From Priapulus caudatus (lineage: Eukaryota): a DNA stretch of 64,000 nucleotides. Location of the stretch: positions 948,822 to 1,012,821 of the forward strand of contig NW_014577063.1 of the NCBI RefSeq assembly GCF_000485595.1, read 5' to 3'. The first letter of the stretch is position 1; each line of letters begins with the position of its first letter. Below the pieces are notes generated by a model. That model did no database searches. It was not told the DNA's origin and worked only from the letters and a program-made list of their open reading frames with translations. Both the position numbers and the translations under genes were made by a program. This document shows, in pieces, positions 50,191-63,723 of the stretch.

Positions 50191-50543
50191 TACCCGTACG
50201 CGGCATTGGAGTGATTGCGTATGATTCCAATTATGATTTTCTGTGCTACTGGGTCTGTGCTTTCCCTGTGCTACTGGGTCTAGGTCTGTGCGAAAGTACC
50301 GCGAGGAATTAATATTCCATATCTATCTGACACCGTTATTTTTGAACTCTGTAGTACGTACACACTATCAGTAGTGATCGCTAACATTGATCCCATAAAA
50401 TACTCCGATAACGGCAATAGGGCACGGGTAAGGTTTTTCAGAAGTCGGTACCATTTAACGTAGGAATTTACACATCATGCCATGCGTAACGACGGAACAC
50501 GTTTCGTGTGGCATATCTCCGACTGAATCTGCTGTCATCCTAT

Positions 50544-50567
50544 CAGGAGTGAGCTTATTCACTCCTG
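50544..50567. mobile_element. 24-bp TIR-only footprint
   Basis: caggagtgagcttattcactcctg flanked by atcctat twice. Confidence 0.8.
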
Positions 50568-50913
50568 ATCCTATTCATGCACGAGCAATACTCACAGAGC
50601 TTAGCTCCACAATCACACTTGTGCACGAACCAACCCAGACCGAGCGTACGTTCCACGTACAACCCCGCCGAGATTTCGTAATCTTTTTATCTTCATACGT
50701 GATGCGTGCGCCTCCCCTCCCCCTCCCTCCCGCCTACTCACCCACCCGCCCACACATACCCCGAACACTCGTTCCACACGTAACTGAGATGTTCAGCGCG
50801 TTAAGAGAGACGTCGCCCCTCCCACCACCACCACCACCACCACCACCATTACCACCACTACCACCACACGCGAGCCGCGCTATTACATCTCCTATTACAT
50901 ATACATCTCATAC

Positions 50914-50964
<51 letters not shown>

Positions 50965-51117
50965 TATAATCTCTATACATATACAGCTCTATACATCTCC
51001 TAATCTCTAAGAATCGAAATCGACGAAGCGGAGAAGCGATTGCGCCGCGCGTTGCTAGCCTAAGCGAGGTCATCAAGGTGAGAGAGAGAGAAAGAGACGG
51101 GGAGGGAGGCGTGCTAC

Positions 51118-51253
51118 GTGCTAGGGTCGGCCTCCAACGTGTTTCTCCTTGTCGTGCTTGTAGTACTTGATGCTTGGCCGTCTTTAGGTGGCAGGTGATG
51201 GACTTGAGGAATAGCTCGAGGGCTTCCACATCTCGTGTTCGTGAACTGGAACG
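51118..51253 (-). pseudogene. Candidate gene B exon with two in-frame stops
   Basis: cttcag| acceptor in phase 2, cac|gtagca donor in phase 0; VPVHEHEMWKPSSYSSSPSPAT*RRPSIKYYKHDKEKHVGGRP*H. Confidence 0.35.
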
Positions 51254-51364
51254 CTGAAGATGAAGATGATACAGCGGTATCATTGTTTATTATCTCAGCG
51301 CAATCATTCGAGGTCCGTATGAAATGTAATAGCCACGGGGGCTTTCTCAACGAACTAATGCTTC

Positions 51365-51670
<306 letters not shown>

Positions 51671-53015
51671 CGGCTTGTGTTAAAACAGATTTCCGTTAAA
51701 TGGGGAAACTAGTGTTCTAGCCGTGACTTGCGGCGCCGAACGCGCCATGCCGTTAATAAATTCCAGGCAATAAATGACAACTTGTGTTAATAACACATTT
51801 TCAAGGACGTTGCAAGCAATCAGTTGCCTGCGCGCTAGAGACCCCTCCGTACCTTGCATTTAGTCAATGCTGCTGCTGTTGTAACTCACTGTAATAAACG
51901 TGCAATTTGGACGCGATCGGAGTGTGAGCAGTGTTCAGTAAATTGCTGACACAATTACGATGATAAAAGCCTATTTGTTGGTTTCCCCAAAATAACCGAG
52001 AGGCCAGTCGAATTAAGACCAGAGTAAATAGTCCTGGCTGCCGTTTATTTCTCGTAAAGCGCGTTGTCAAACACGGATGAAGAGGCCAAAACGCGCTGGT
52101 TGTGATTCTGGCAATTTCGGATGACGTTCTTCGGCGGTTATATTACCTGAAGCGTTAGAGCCACTATTGAGTGTCATCCGGGAACCTGATTTCATCACGA
52201 ACTGCCGACAGCAGCGTTCTAGCTCACTGACATCCATCCGATTCTAACACAACAGTCTCTACACGAGCTGTTTGTCAATCCGGATTTTACGTAAACTCGT
52301 AAACACAAATACATATTACCTTGATATTTTAATTGATAATAAGTTTGCGATTATTACGAAGCTGCACTGTAAGGATTGGTACTCACCTGTTCATTTATAG
52401 CGACATATTGGATACTATTTACGTGCTACCCTGTTCAAACCGCTATTGTGATGTGCCTGTTATAGGTCAAAAGGAGGTAATCAAATTCTGAACTTTATGC
52501 CGAGCTAGATTAACCGATTAAACGTTACTTAATAAACATATATACACTATAGCGGTTGGAGATAAGGTACCACTAGGAGGCAAGCACTAGTAGGTCAAAG
52601 CACAAGGGTACGAAGCATTTCACTATAGGTGGTAAGACGTTGAGACAGCCAGATAATTTTGCCAAGATAAGTCGCCAGCAGATCGTTCTGCCTAAAGCTA
52701 TTGCAAATTAAAGCAGCATCGTCTCCGCGAGCAATTCGCGAAATAAAACTCTGGTAGAAGGTGTTTATAGTGATCCGGTTAGGACTAGGACTAAGTCTAC
52801 GATTATTACCGCTTCTGCAGCCATGTGGTTAAATGTGCGAACATTAACTGTATATATATATTAATTGTAGGATTCGACTGTGATACTACAATATTAATGT
52901 ATTTTAGCCGTTTTAGTTAGTTGTATTTAAGAACGATGCCATGCTATCGCATGTCTGAATCAAATGGGACCCGGTTGAACGATAAAAAATCATATCGAGA
53001 TTAGGTTACCACAAT

Positions 53016-53505
53016 AGCCTCGTTCACACGAGACCTCGTATTTCTGAAATACCGGATTTGCGAAATACCGTATCTGAGACAAATACGCGGCCGAGCGTTC
53101 ACACGCTGATTCGCGGCTCCAGAAATACGGTATTTGCGAGCTGCGAGCTGCTTTAAACAATCAAGCGAACAATGCGAAATAAACAATGCAATGCGCACCA
53201 ACTGCCGATAAAATACGTAGACTGGTCCGCGCTCGACAGTTCCACTCGCGTTACACTAGAACTGTCGAGCGCGGACCAGTCTATAAAATACGCGGCTTCA
53301 GAAATCCGGTATTTAGCGTTCACACGAGGAAATGCGCGGTCCAAGAAATCCGGTATTTCTCAAGCACGGCAAATTATTCGGGGTCTGGAAAGCCTCGTAT
53401 TTACATGAAATACCGGATCTGTTTAGATACCGTATTTCTTGGGCCTCGTATTTTGCCTCGTGTGAACGCTAAATACCGGATTTCTTGCTACGTGTGAACG
53501 CGGCT
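53016..53505. mobile_element. PIF/Harbinger-like MITE
   Basis: agcctcgttcacacg...cgtgtgaacgcggct; 3-bp TSD aat; internal aaataccgg repeats. Confidence 0.75.
53218..53283. mobile_element. 66-bp mini-MITE with 9-bp TSD (Mutator-like)
   Basis: 25-bp perfect TIR tagactggtccgcgctcgacagttc; TSD taaaatacg twice. Confidence 0.85.
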
Positions 53506-54838
53506 AATGTTCTGACGGCATAGGAAACTCCGTGTACGTGCATGAAAATTAAATGCGTCATTCACTGCTCACCTCCTACAACTACGTTCTGGGAAAACAC
53601 TTGTCTTAAATCACGTGCTAGTTTCATAATCTGGGTAGCCAAGTGGATGCTTGACTTACTGCCCACTATCGATATCTCATACGCATCTTAGTGCAATGTA
53701 TTAATGTAATTAATGCATCTTAATAATTAATGCGTCTTCCTTTGAATAAATGGAAAACGGTTTTAGAATTTAATGAGAATAATAGTGGTTTATTTTATGA
53801 TCACGCGAGATTCTTGCGAAACGGAATGCTGTTGTTTACTTATGGTGTTAACGTGAGAATGATGTTGAGAGTGTTAGCCGGTAATGTGTTTTCGTGCAAC
53901 ATACAATGTCGCGCTTCATGAAAATGTGTTTTTTTTCGAAAATGAAACGCTAATTTTTGCTTGACGGAATTTCTCGTTTTTAGCGTAGTGATGCTAAGCC
54001 CCCAACTGCCGGCTCTATCCGAATGTGGGACGCTTTAACTTAAAAGTCTGCTATTCATCTTGCAGTGGATATTTGCGCTTCTACTTTGATACGTATTACA
54101 ATTCAGCTATTGTTTCGTCTGGTATTTCTTGTTTTGGTTGAGCAGTGTTTAAACTGGTCTTAAAGACTCAGCCGTGGTAACTTTCATCCGAAATTGGGTT
54201 AATCGTATTTATAGTAAAATATTAATTCATAATGACACGTATATACCTCGACTATATTTGGAAATTCGCGTAGTTAGTTGTGCGTAACTAAAAAAATCTG
54301 TTACTTATAGTATACACATTAAAGCTTAAATTCGCCATTCCTAGTTCCCCTAATGAAATCATTGGATTCCTTTCTAATGCTCTTGACGCTGTTAGGTTAT
54401 CACCATCGCACGTTAATAGCGTTAAATCGCACGTTAATCGTTAGCGTTAGCGTTAAATAGCGTTAAATAGTTAGCGTTAAATAGTTAGCGTTAAATAGCA
54501 CGTTAATCGCACGTTAAAAGACACGTTATAAATACGTCTTTATACGGCGAAAATTCCCCGCAGTTTCGGCCATCGACATCGTTTGATTACTCACAGTTCT
54601 AGGCAGTCTCTATGTTTAATCATAGGATCGGAAAATAATGTTTATGCTCCCATCAAAACATCGTATACCATAAACGCTAGTCTAGAATTGGATGGTCGGT
54701 ACACAGCATTACTCTAATATATTAAATAAAGCCCATTAGGTTATTATCGTTGGATCGTAACTTATACACCATCAAACTATCCGATTAAGTATCGGTTACA
54801 CTAGTACTAGTACGTAACGTCATCGTTTGAGTACTCAC

Positions 54839-55045
54839 AGCTCGTAGTGTTTCCCGCTTCTCTTGTAGCCAGGGGGCGGTCCGCCCAGCGGCGGTCTATC
54901 GTAGGGTTGCGTTGGCTTGGAGTATTTCACGTTCGTCACAGCAGAGACCGGAGCGACGATGGGCGTGGGATGCGCTCGCGGTCCACGGTACACGTTCGCA
55001 GGTGGGCGAAAGTAGGCCCTGCTTCCTCCCGGTCGTGCCAGATCT
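54839..55045 (-). CDS. Orphan protein B internal exon
   Basis: cttcag| acceptor, ct|gtgagt donor, phase 2-2; DLARPGGSRAYFRPPANVYRGPRAHPTP...GGPPPGYKRSGKHYE. Confidence 0.7.
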
Positions 55046-56519
55046 CTGAAGCGAGCCTCTATTCTCCTTGCAGCGGGATTTTCATATGTGTTAGAGGAGA
55101 GGCTCGGGAGAACCGGGGGTGGGGGTAGCGACTGAAATCGAAAACAGGGGATTTAGATTAAGGTGCAAAACACGAAATGAGCGTTTTAACTAAGGACGAT
55201 TATTCTCTTTTCGCTTATCTTACGCATGCATTTAACTGCTGTTGCTATAATGAACTAGTAATAGCCTAGTAGATATTGCTCCGCGGCTCCTTGGATGACA
55301 AAAATGCTAGCTGCTCATGGGTTAGCATTCTCAAAACTCGCCAAAATAATAAAAATCATATCAAAACTCATGAACCCGCATAGAGATAATAAACTGTGAT
55401 GTGTGATTAGCACTGAAAACAAAATCTCGTTGAGAATCAAACCCAAAAACTAATTGTATGTCAATAAACCGCCATAAAAGCTGTTTATTCGTGAAGCATA
55501 AACAGCATAGGTTCTGTTAGAGTATTGCCTTGTTTTTTTCTCTAAGGAAACCGTGTTTGAGGCATGCGTTAGTACAACTGCTAACCGCATAGTCGAAGCA
55601 CAATTCTTTAGGCAAATAAAAGAGGGGTTCTCAAACTTTTCTATGCCACAGCCACATAATTATGGGCTAAAGTCATTGTTTAAGGAGAGCAATTTGGCTT
55701 GTCACAGTGCCACACTTTTGACTTGCGTCAAAGAAATAGTGTTCAGAGTTCTCATACATGAAGTACACCAGCGGCAATTGATTCCCTGCAAACGTAATAA
55801 TGTCATCATTATTCAACTTTAGTTATTCAATTAATTAATGCTATCATTAGGTGCATACAGACGTGCTACAGTTTACGCTCACACAGTCTCGCATAAAGCT
55901 GGCGTAGTACACGATGCTGTACGATACCGTCATCTAGATCTTATTTAGTACACAGAAACATCCTATCATATTGTACAAAGTCCAGTCTATAACTGATGCT
56001 GAACGTTAAAACAAATTGTAGCCTCTAGGTTTCATCATAGAATCGCCAAATAATGTTGATGCCCCCTATCGAAACATCGTATAACATAAACGCGAGTCTA
56101 GAATTAGAGGGTCGGTAGTTAGACAGCATTATTCTAACATAATAAATAAAGTTAATTAGGTTATTATCGTTGGATTGTCAACTTCTATATCATCAAACCA
56201 TCCTATTAACTATTGGCTACACTAGAACTAGTACGCAACGGCACGTTGTGGAATTACACAAATGATTAGTCTATATCTGGTATAGTTGGGTCACAAAACC
56301 ACGCGATGACATGTGCACGTATCGAGCAGGCTAGTTCGAGCCATCTAGTTTAGAATCGTCGCTCTTGGTTACGTAATCTTTGTGTAATCGTTTTACAGCA
56401 CACATCGTTTTGCCAGTACATGAGTGGCGACGTTAGGGGTACACACACGCGATCCTCACACGCGCATTAAGAACAACACGCGGCCAGCATAATACTTCAT
56501 CAGTTTCATCACTTATTAC

Positions 56520-56527
56520 GGCGTTAA
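56520..56527 (-). CDS. Candidate 8-nt microexon of gene B
   Basis: (ct)n-ttag|TTAACGCC|gtaata after a 57-nt intron; converts phase 0 to the phase 2 needed by the next exon. Confidence 0.4.
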
Positions 56528-56584
56528 CTAAAGAGAGAGAGAGAGAGAGAGATCTCGAGAGTGTCTCTGTACTTCTAAACTCAC

Positions 56585-56635
56585 CGCCACGGCGCACGCC
56601 ACGCAAAAGCTGAGCATCAGCAACGGCTGCATCAT
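56585..56635 (-). CDS. Secreted Pro/Tyr/Gly-rich orphan protein B, signal-peptide exon
   Basis: MMQPLLMLSFCVACAVA|gtgagt, 17 codons, phase 0; acceptor tcgcag shortly upstream. Confidence 0.65.
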
Positions 56636-56781
56636 GTGTGTGTACGGTCCGTTCCTGCGAAGAGCGCAAAATTAGAAGGAGAGCGATGATAGACTGAGAT
56701 AGTTGTCAGTACACGCACACGCACATATATATATATAAATACACACGGTAGATAGCCAGCGCCGATCCTTTTCCCGTGCGT

Positions 56782-56789
56782 CTTATATA
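56782..56789 (-). promoter_or_regulatory. Possible TATA box of gene B
   Basis: TATATAAG on the minus strand, about 150 bp upstream of the signal-peptide exon. Confidence 0.35.
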
Positions 56790-57638
56790 CGCCAGCACTA
56801 AGCACCAGAGGCAATACCTGTGGCACGAGCGGTCTCCAGTAGCAACTAAACCCGTTCGGCGACGCGTCTTCTCTTAATGGGCGCAAGAGGCGTTACGTCA
56901 GAGAAGGCGGTGGCCTTTACCTTTCTCTCTCTCGCTCTCTCTCTCTCGCTCCGCACCGGCTGGCTGGCGGTGAGACTGACTCCGGTGCGTTTAAACTGTG
57001 TAAACTCTCTGTTTTCTATGGCTCTCCTCGTCACCCTGAAGGCTGCTGCTGCGAACACAAAGAACAGAGTGCGACTGTGTATGATGACATAGCAGCATTC
57101 TCCGGCGTCGTTGCCAACTGACCTACATCTAGCCGACATATAGCGAGTCATTATAATCGGCTGGTGATGTTTCCACGTTGATTCATTCGATCGCCCAACC
57201 CCCTCTTCGAAATTGAGCTGTTGCGGGATCAGTGAAAGGGAACATGAAACGCCGGCATTGTTTCGCTTTACACAATACGATTATCGATTATCGATTCTTC
57301 TTCATAACCGTGAAATTTGCGCCGCGTCGCATGAGCGCCGCCTGTCGGCAAGCGCGGGCACGCGATACGCTCGACGTCGCGTATCCTGTTGATTTTTTCC
57401 TAATTATGTGTCATTCGTAGGCAGCGATGAGCAACGTGCATCCCAGAACCGCGTGCGTGGGCAATCATGGGCTATACACATGGGTACACAGCGTACACGC
57501 GCGCGCGTGTGCGGCGAACAGGCGGTTCAAAGCAGAGATACATACGGGCTCACAGCGAAACAGTGACGTATATTGTTAAATGAAGTGGGTTAGTGAGACG
57601 TGCCTGACTAACTACAGGATAACGCGCGCGTGCGTATC

Positions 57639-57688
<50 letters not shown>

Positions 57689-57711
57689 ACAAACACACAC
57701 ACACACACACA

Positions 57712-57784
<73 letters not shown>

Positions 57785-58108
57785 CTGTGGACGCGTGCAC
57801 ATCGGCCTTTATGCACGGGGCAATGTCAGAAAGTGTGACAGCTAGGTACATTGTTTAGAGAGCCTTGCACACGTACGCCGAGTGCAAACGTTTTTGGTTC
57901 GGCAGTCAGTCGGCAAACGAAACTTTCCCGTTTCGTGCGCGCACGCGCGGCGTTCGTGAGCGCCTCCAACCGCGCAACAATAATACATTATCGGTTCGAC
58001 GTGTCACGAGATGAGGCGGATCTGTCGTGACCAGAAGATTTCCTTGGTGCGCTACCGCCGTGACGTCACGCGTCTCGTTCGCGCCGGATTTTAGCAGTGT
58101 CATAATAT

Positions 58109-58149
58109 CAAGAGTGAATAATAATAGATCCATTATTAGATCTCTCCTG
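58109..58149. mobile_element. 41-bp footprint nested in an older footprint
   Basis: caagagtgaataata...ctcctg flanked by ataatat twice, inside gtgtcataatatagac...gtctatattatgac. Confidence 0.7.
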
Positions 58150-59734
58150 ATAATATAGACACGCCTGTCTATATTATGACGAGTCTATAATAATGACACT
58201 CCGGATCTTAGTGGTACTAATTTGCAACGCGACAACCAATCGAATGCCTCCTCGCGCCACTACAATAACAGTCTAGCTGAAGTGATACTCACCGCTGACC
58301 CGTTATGGGTATGGCCAACAAACATTCCATTATTTATGTCCGAGGGCGACACAACAAGGAAAGGGTGGGCGGTGAATCGCTGTTAAACATTTTTTTTTCA
58401 TTTAGCGCGCTATAGGTTTAGTAAGACGCCATTGCATCTCGTGCTTTCATTACATGTTTTTTTTGGCTATATTTATTGAAAGCGGTACATGTGGCAAAAA
58501 GTCTGTGCGTAATAGGTAGTATTTCGTTTTACACCTTTGATGTTTTAAGACGTGCCTAGTATTTGCACACCTGCTATGTCGTTGTGAATTGTATGCATGG
58601 CGTATATAGATAGCAGAAACAGATGAGGTCTATCGCGCGGAAAACATGCGGAGCAATTAATTAGAGCGTGCATGCATAAACGAATTCAAATTTAGGTCAT
58701 TCGATATTCGAGTTTGTTTTCATTCACATCCATGTGAGTAAGCCGGATGTCCGCTTACATAATTTCGCATATATGCGTTATCGTATGCTCTTTATTATTA
58801 ATAAACGCAGACCACTAACATATAGTGCCAATGTACTATTGTTAAAAAACAAATGCCTCATGTACGCGGTAATTAGGCATAGACTAAAGCAACAGGAATT
58901 TCACATAAGTGAATCTAAGTCGCATACAGATGTATGTTTGGTTCGTTGGATTGGAAGTATTGCCTATGTATACGGATAAGTATTATTCATTTGCATAATA
59001 TTTTTTCATGTTTTTGTTAGTTTTTTTCATTTGTTTGCATTTTGTGTGTGTTTGATGCGCATATATTGTAGCAGTTCATTAGTACATAGTAAATACGGTT
59101 AGAATTATTGAACGAAACAAATTCATGTCTCAGAGTTAGTATAGTAACTTTTTTTAAATTTTATTTTTAACAGAGTGCACATATGATTCATTTGTTTCCC
59201 GAAGGTTATACACGTACGTAGAATTTCAAACAAAATAAGCTCAAGTAGATCTATCATAGCAATCTTCTCACGATGGTTTTTCATAATAGGTGCTAATAAC
59301 ATTTAAGCTGAACAGCCTTACATGTCTCTGCTATTATCATTACCGCCTGAATCCATGCACAGAGCCCTATTCACGTAATCACGCGTGCTTTCGCAATGAC
59401 GTCACAAAGGTATAATTATGTATGCTTACACAGCGTGCAAGGATCCTGCACACACATATCAAAGAACAGCTTGTAAGTGACACGTACGCGCTGTGCATAT
59501 GACAAAAACAAATTAACTAAAAGACATATAGACTTGCTCTCTCAAATGTGATGAATCTACTCGAGGAACGTTTGATGTACTTTATGCGTGTAATGCAATC
59601 GCGGTATTTGCTTTTCCCCGATACTGTGATGTATGGCTCTGACTTGCGCATAGGACTCGTTTAACCACCTGCTGTTTTTTTAATCTATTTTCTAAAAGAA
59701 GATCACATGTAATATATCAAATAGTGTCGTTAGG

Positions 59735-59776
<42 letters not shown>

Positions 59777-61097
59777 TTGCGTGCATGTGTGTGTAGGCGT
59801 GAGCCTGCGTGCGGGCGCGTGTGAGTGCGTGTGTGCGTATGTCACTTCTAATATACACTCAGAACGTGATTTTTAACAATAAACCCAGTAATCAATTGAT
59901 CCTTTCTAGGTTAATACGTACTCAATTTCTGCGTCACGAACGCATATATTGAATTAGTTTGAGTATCGCCGTAACGTGAGGGGGGCAGTTTGCTCTCATC
60001 ATTAGCGCATCTATATATCTCGACGACTCATTTCATACATATTTTCTAAGACAAGAATGTATTAAGAATAAGAATGTATTCCGAGATTGTTCTTTTGCGT
60101 GTTTGTTCTCTGGTCTCTGAATAGAAAACAATGAAATGAATGTTCGTATAGCCATAGTAGCTCTGATTTTAATTCAGGAATCCTATAACATTGGCCAGCG
60201 GGGGTTATAGTGTCAGAGTTGTCGCACTAACCCAGTTAGTACTAATTTGCACTCACATCACATATCGCGGATGCTGAAATCGTAACACAGAATTTTACTG
60301 AAAACAGAACGGAACCCCGTCAACACCGCAACCAAGGTGGGGACACGTCTGAGTGTCCTGTTTGATTGTCACTCTGCTGTCCCTGTCAGTTTTAATGGAC
60401 TGATGTTTTCTAGATGCCGTTCATTATGGCGCATCACTTATGACAAATCGCCTATATATTCTACGTCTACCCGAAGGCTTAGTGTGGGGCTGTCCTTGAG
60501 ACGGGCTACTCGATCAGATATGCACTCGCTACAGAGATGTGAAATTATAATTTAATTGCAATCATACTTGCAATCATATTTATAATTTAATTGCACTTAT
60601 ACTTCATCGCAGGGCGCAGAACGTCTTAGAACCGGAATAACCGCGAGAACGCGTATCGCCTACGTGACAAAAAACCTACTATATACTCAACGACCTAATT
60701 TGGAATGTTATAATAATACCTTTTATGTTCGCCCTTGAACATGGGGCTTGCGCTTTAAAACACCCGTAGGCGATGCCCGGGCGCAAACAAGTACGTTTCC
60801 TTTGCGTGACACAAATTGCGTTAAAACATGTCGTAAATAGTGGACACATGTCGTAAATAGTAGACGCAAGATAATCACGCGAGAAAGAAAATAGTGGACA
60901 CATAAAAAGTAAAAGTAAAAAGTAAATAGTGGACACATGTCAAGATAATCACGCGAGAAAGAAAACGAAAACGTTCCAACGGTTCTTTTTAAGGTTTAAC
61001 GGTTATCGCACCGGCGAAACCGCTATTACACAGCGGTATTATTATCTGGAAGGTCTTTGCAAATAACTGCTATACTGCAAGACAGTTGACATGACAA

Positions 61098-61160
61098 TAG
61101 GAGTGAATTAAAATAGATTATTCACTACTATCTATTATCAGATCTATTCATTCACTCCTG
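61098..61160. mobile_element. 63-bp TIR-only footprint
   Basis: taggagtgaat...attcactcctg flanked by atgacaa twice. Confidence 0.75.
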
Positions 61161-61901
61161 ATGACAATATAACATTATTATAGCAGTTACGTACAGTTGT
61201 CGAGTTACAATAAGTGATCGCCTACGTTATATACGCGTCCATTCCAGAAGTATCAAGTATACGTATAGTATATTTTTAAGTTACCTATTTTTATTAAGCT
61301 ACTATATATGTTGTATAATACTTTGTTTCTACTGAGCTATACTAGTAACTGTACTAAGCTTTTTTTCCCATTAAGCTACTAGCTATTTTTATAAGCTATT
61401 TGTAGCTGCACTAAGCTAATTTAATTAAGCTTCCTAGTTTTAGTTACCTATTAAGTATACGTGAGTAATAGCACAGTGGCCATTCCATCCGTGAAGCAAC
61501 GAGTAACGCTGGTGCGCGCACTCGACCGCGCATCGTAAATTCGAAACAGTGCCGTCGCCGCTTTTTTATTATTTATTTCCAACGCTCGATTGTTTGTCGT
61601 CGTATCACACCTGCGGCGACCTTCGTCGGCGATAGATTCACCACCCGGATCACCTCCTAGCGTACCTATTACGCGAGCGTTGTCGTCACTCTCGCGATAT
61701 CGTGACGGGCCCACATGTGTAACGACGTTGCGAAGACCTTGATCTCAATAGTCGTCTTCGCCGACCGATGCCGCAGCCGGCGGCGTTTATAACGCAGGGT
61801 GCAACCGAGCGAAAACAAAAGTTCCGTTATGGCGATGTCCTCCGGTGTAAATTAGAAGCAATTGACCTCCGACTCCGACAGCTGACGCCGCGATCCATCT
61901 T

Positions 61902-62080
61902 CTAACCCCACCTATTTAGCCGCCCGCCCTGCCCCGCGCCTGCGCGCCGCCGTTCAAGAAATTCCTGCTGCAGGTGGTAATTGCGACGATGGACTGGCGC
62001 TTCTGGCGCGGCAGTTTCGGAGCTTGATGGGCGGTTATGTCCGTCCACGGGGTACCCATTCGGCATGAGGATGTTGACAC
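61902..62080 (-). CDS. Candidate terminal exon of an unidentified gene
   Basis: caacag| acceptor; phase-1 frame VNILMPNGYPVDG...QEFLERRRAGAGQGGRLNRWG*; AATAAA on the minus strand near 61570. Confidence 0.4.
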
Positions 62081-62521
62081 CTGTTGGCTATCATTAGTTG
62101 AGAAACTCAGGCGTTTGGCATTCACGCTAATATTTATTTGAATGTGAATCATCGTGTTTCTGGGCGTGCGGGAAGCATTACTTTCTCAGAAAATATCGCT
62201 AAACGCCGAATGAAAATGTCACGTTGTGGCCTGTAAGCCGAAGGTCGGTGTAGCGGACCTTATTACAACTGAAATATTTAATTACGGCACGATATATATA
62301 TATGCTATTCAGCGGCGTGGCCTACGGTATATATGCGGTAAACAACTAATACTGTTAATACAGATGTCAGTGGTGAGGGCTTGTGAAATACCGAAAGTTT
62401 GAGGGGTGAAAACAACAGAAATGAAACAAACAGAAACAAACAGGAAAAAAACAATGGATGAGTGAACGAGACGAGATGAAATTATAGTGCGCAAACACCT
62501 GGCAGCGGTGAGGGATATTAT

Positions 62522-62557
62522 CAAGAGCGTATAAGGAAGCTTCTTTATACGCTCTTG
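62522..62557. mobile_element. 36-bp palindromic TIR-only footprint
   Basis: caagagcgtataaggaagcttctttatacgctcttg flanked by atattat twice. Confidence 0.85.
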
Positions 62558-63656
62558 ATATTATGCAGTGAAATCTTTCTGAGATTATTCGCTTTCTAAA
62601 ATTGGGCTGTTTTTAATGCATAGGTGCGTTTTATAAGGCGCGAAATACGGTAGACGCATAACATGCATCGTCGTCATTAGTCGTCTTAGTTGTCATCGTC
62701 GCGCTTCTGTATCATGCGTAACAATGTTTTAAGGCGTATGAAGCCAACATACGGTTGCACCGCACTGTTTTTTTTACAGCTACCAAAAGAAAAAGTGCTA
62801 GTGATAAAGTAACATAAAAGTTCAATGTTAAGATATATTGAGATATAATTGCCGCATTCATGTATACGCATACGTGTAATGTATCCGTCCTTCGTCCAGT
62901 CTGATGTTTCCTGTATGCGTGTCTAGGAAATTCAATGTCACGCGATGTTATTACAATTAAACACAACAACCTGTGATAACTGTAATAAAAAAGGCTATCT
63001 AATATATAAAATAACATATATTACGTGAGGCTAACAAATATACAACAAGCCACAGCAAAGAATAACGTTGGGCTATTGATGTAGGTACTCCATAAATGTA
63101 TACACGATATAATTTCACGCGGCGGTGCACAACACGATACGCTCTGTTCTAATTTCCCGGCTCTATCATCATCACCATCATAGAACGAAAAGAAAAAAAA
63201 ACACACACACAACACACACTCAGAACTGTCTAATTTAATGCAATTACTTTAATCGACCGACGAGAATTAGTTAATATAAATTGCGTTATTAATAATGATT
63301 CACGGGAAATGTTTTGCAGCGGCGTCGTTGTTGCGCTGTCGCTGACAGGTCCCGACAGTCGCATCGCATCTTTCCGCCAACGAGCACACAACGTGTCGCA
63401 CCGCTGTAAACAGCCCGCCGACCCAGTCTAGGTTAATATCGCTTTGCTCCACATTGCTTTTAAGTGGCTGTTTCTAACTAGCGCCGTAACTAGCATCTAA
63501 CTACTCGTCGTGATCAGCCGCAGATGTACTGTTCTCTCACAAAGAGCTATTTGTTGGAAACGAGGGGGACGGGTCGTTGCGCGTGCCCTGATTTTTTTCT
63601 TCTCCCGACAACGACGAGCCTGTACAATGAAATGCCGTGAGTCTACAACGCAGGGA

Positions 63657-63723
<67 letters not shown>

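Noticed and set aside
52387..52414. 28-nt bridging exon for gene B
   Set aside because: Phase fits and the donor is good, but the acceptor has no pyrimidine tract; left uncalled.
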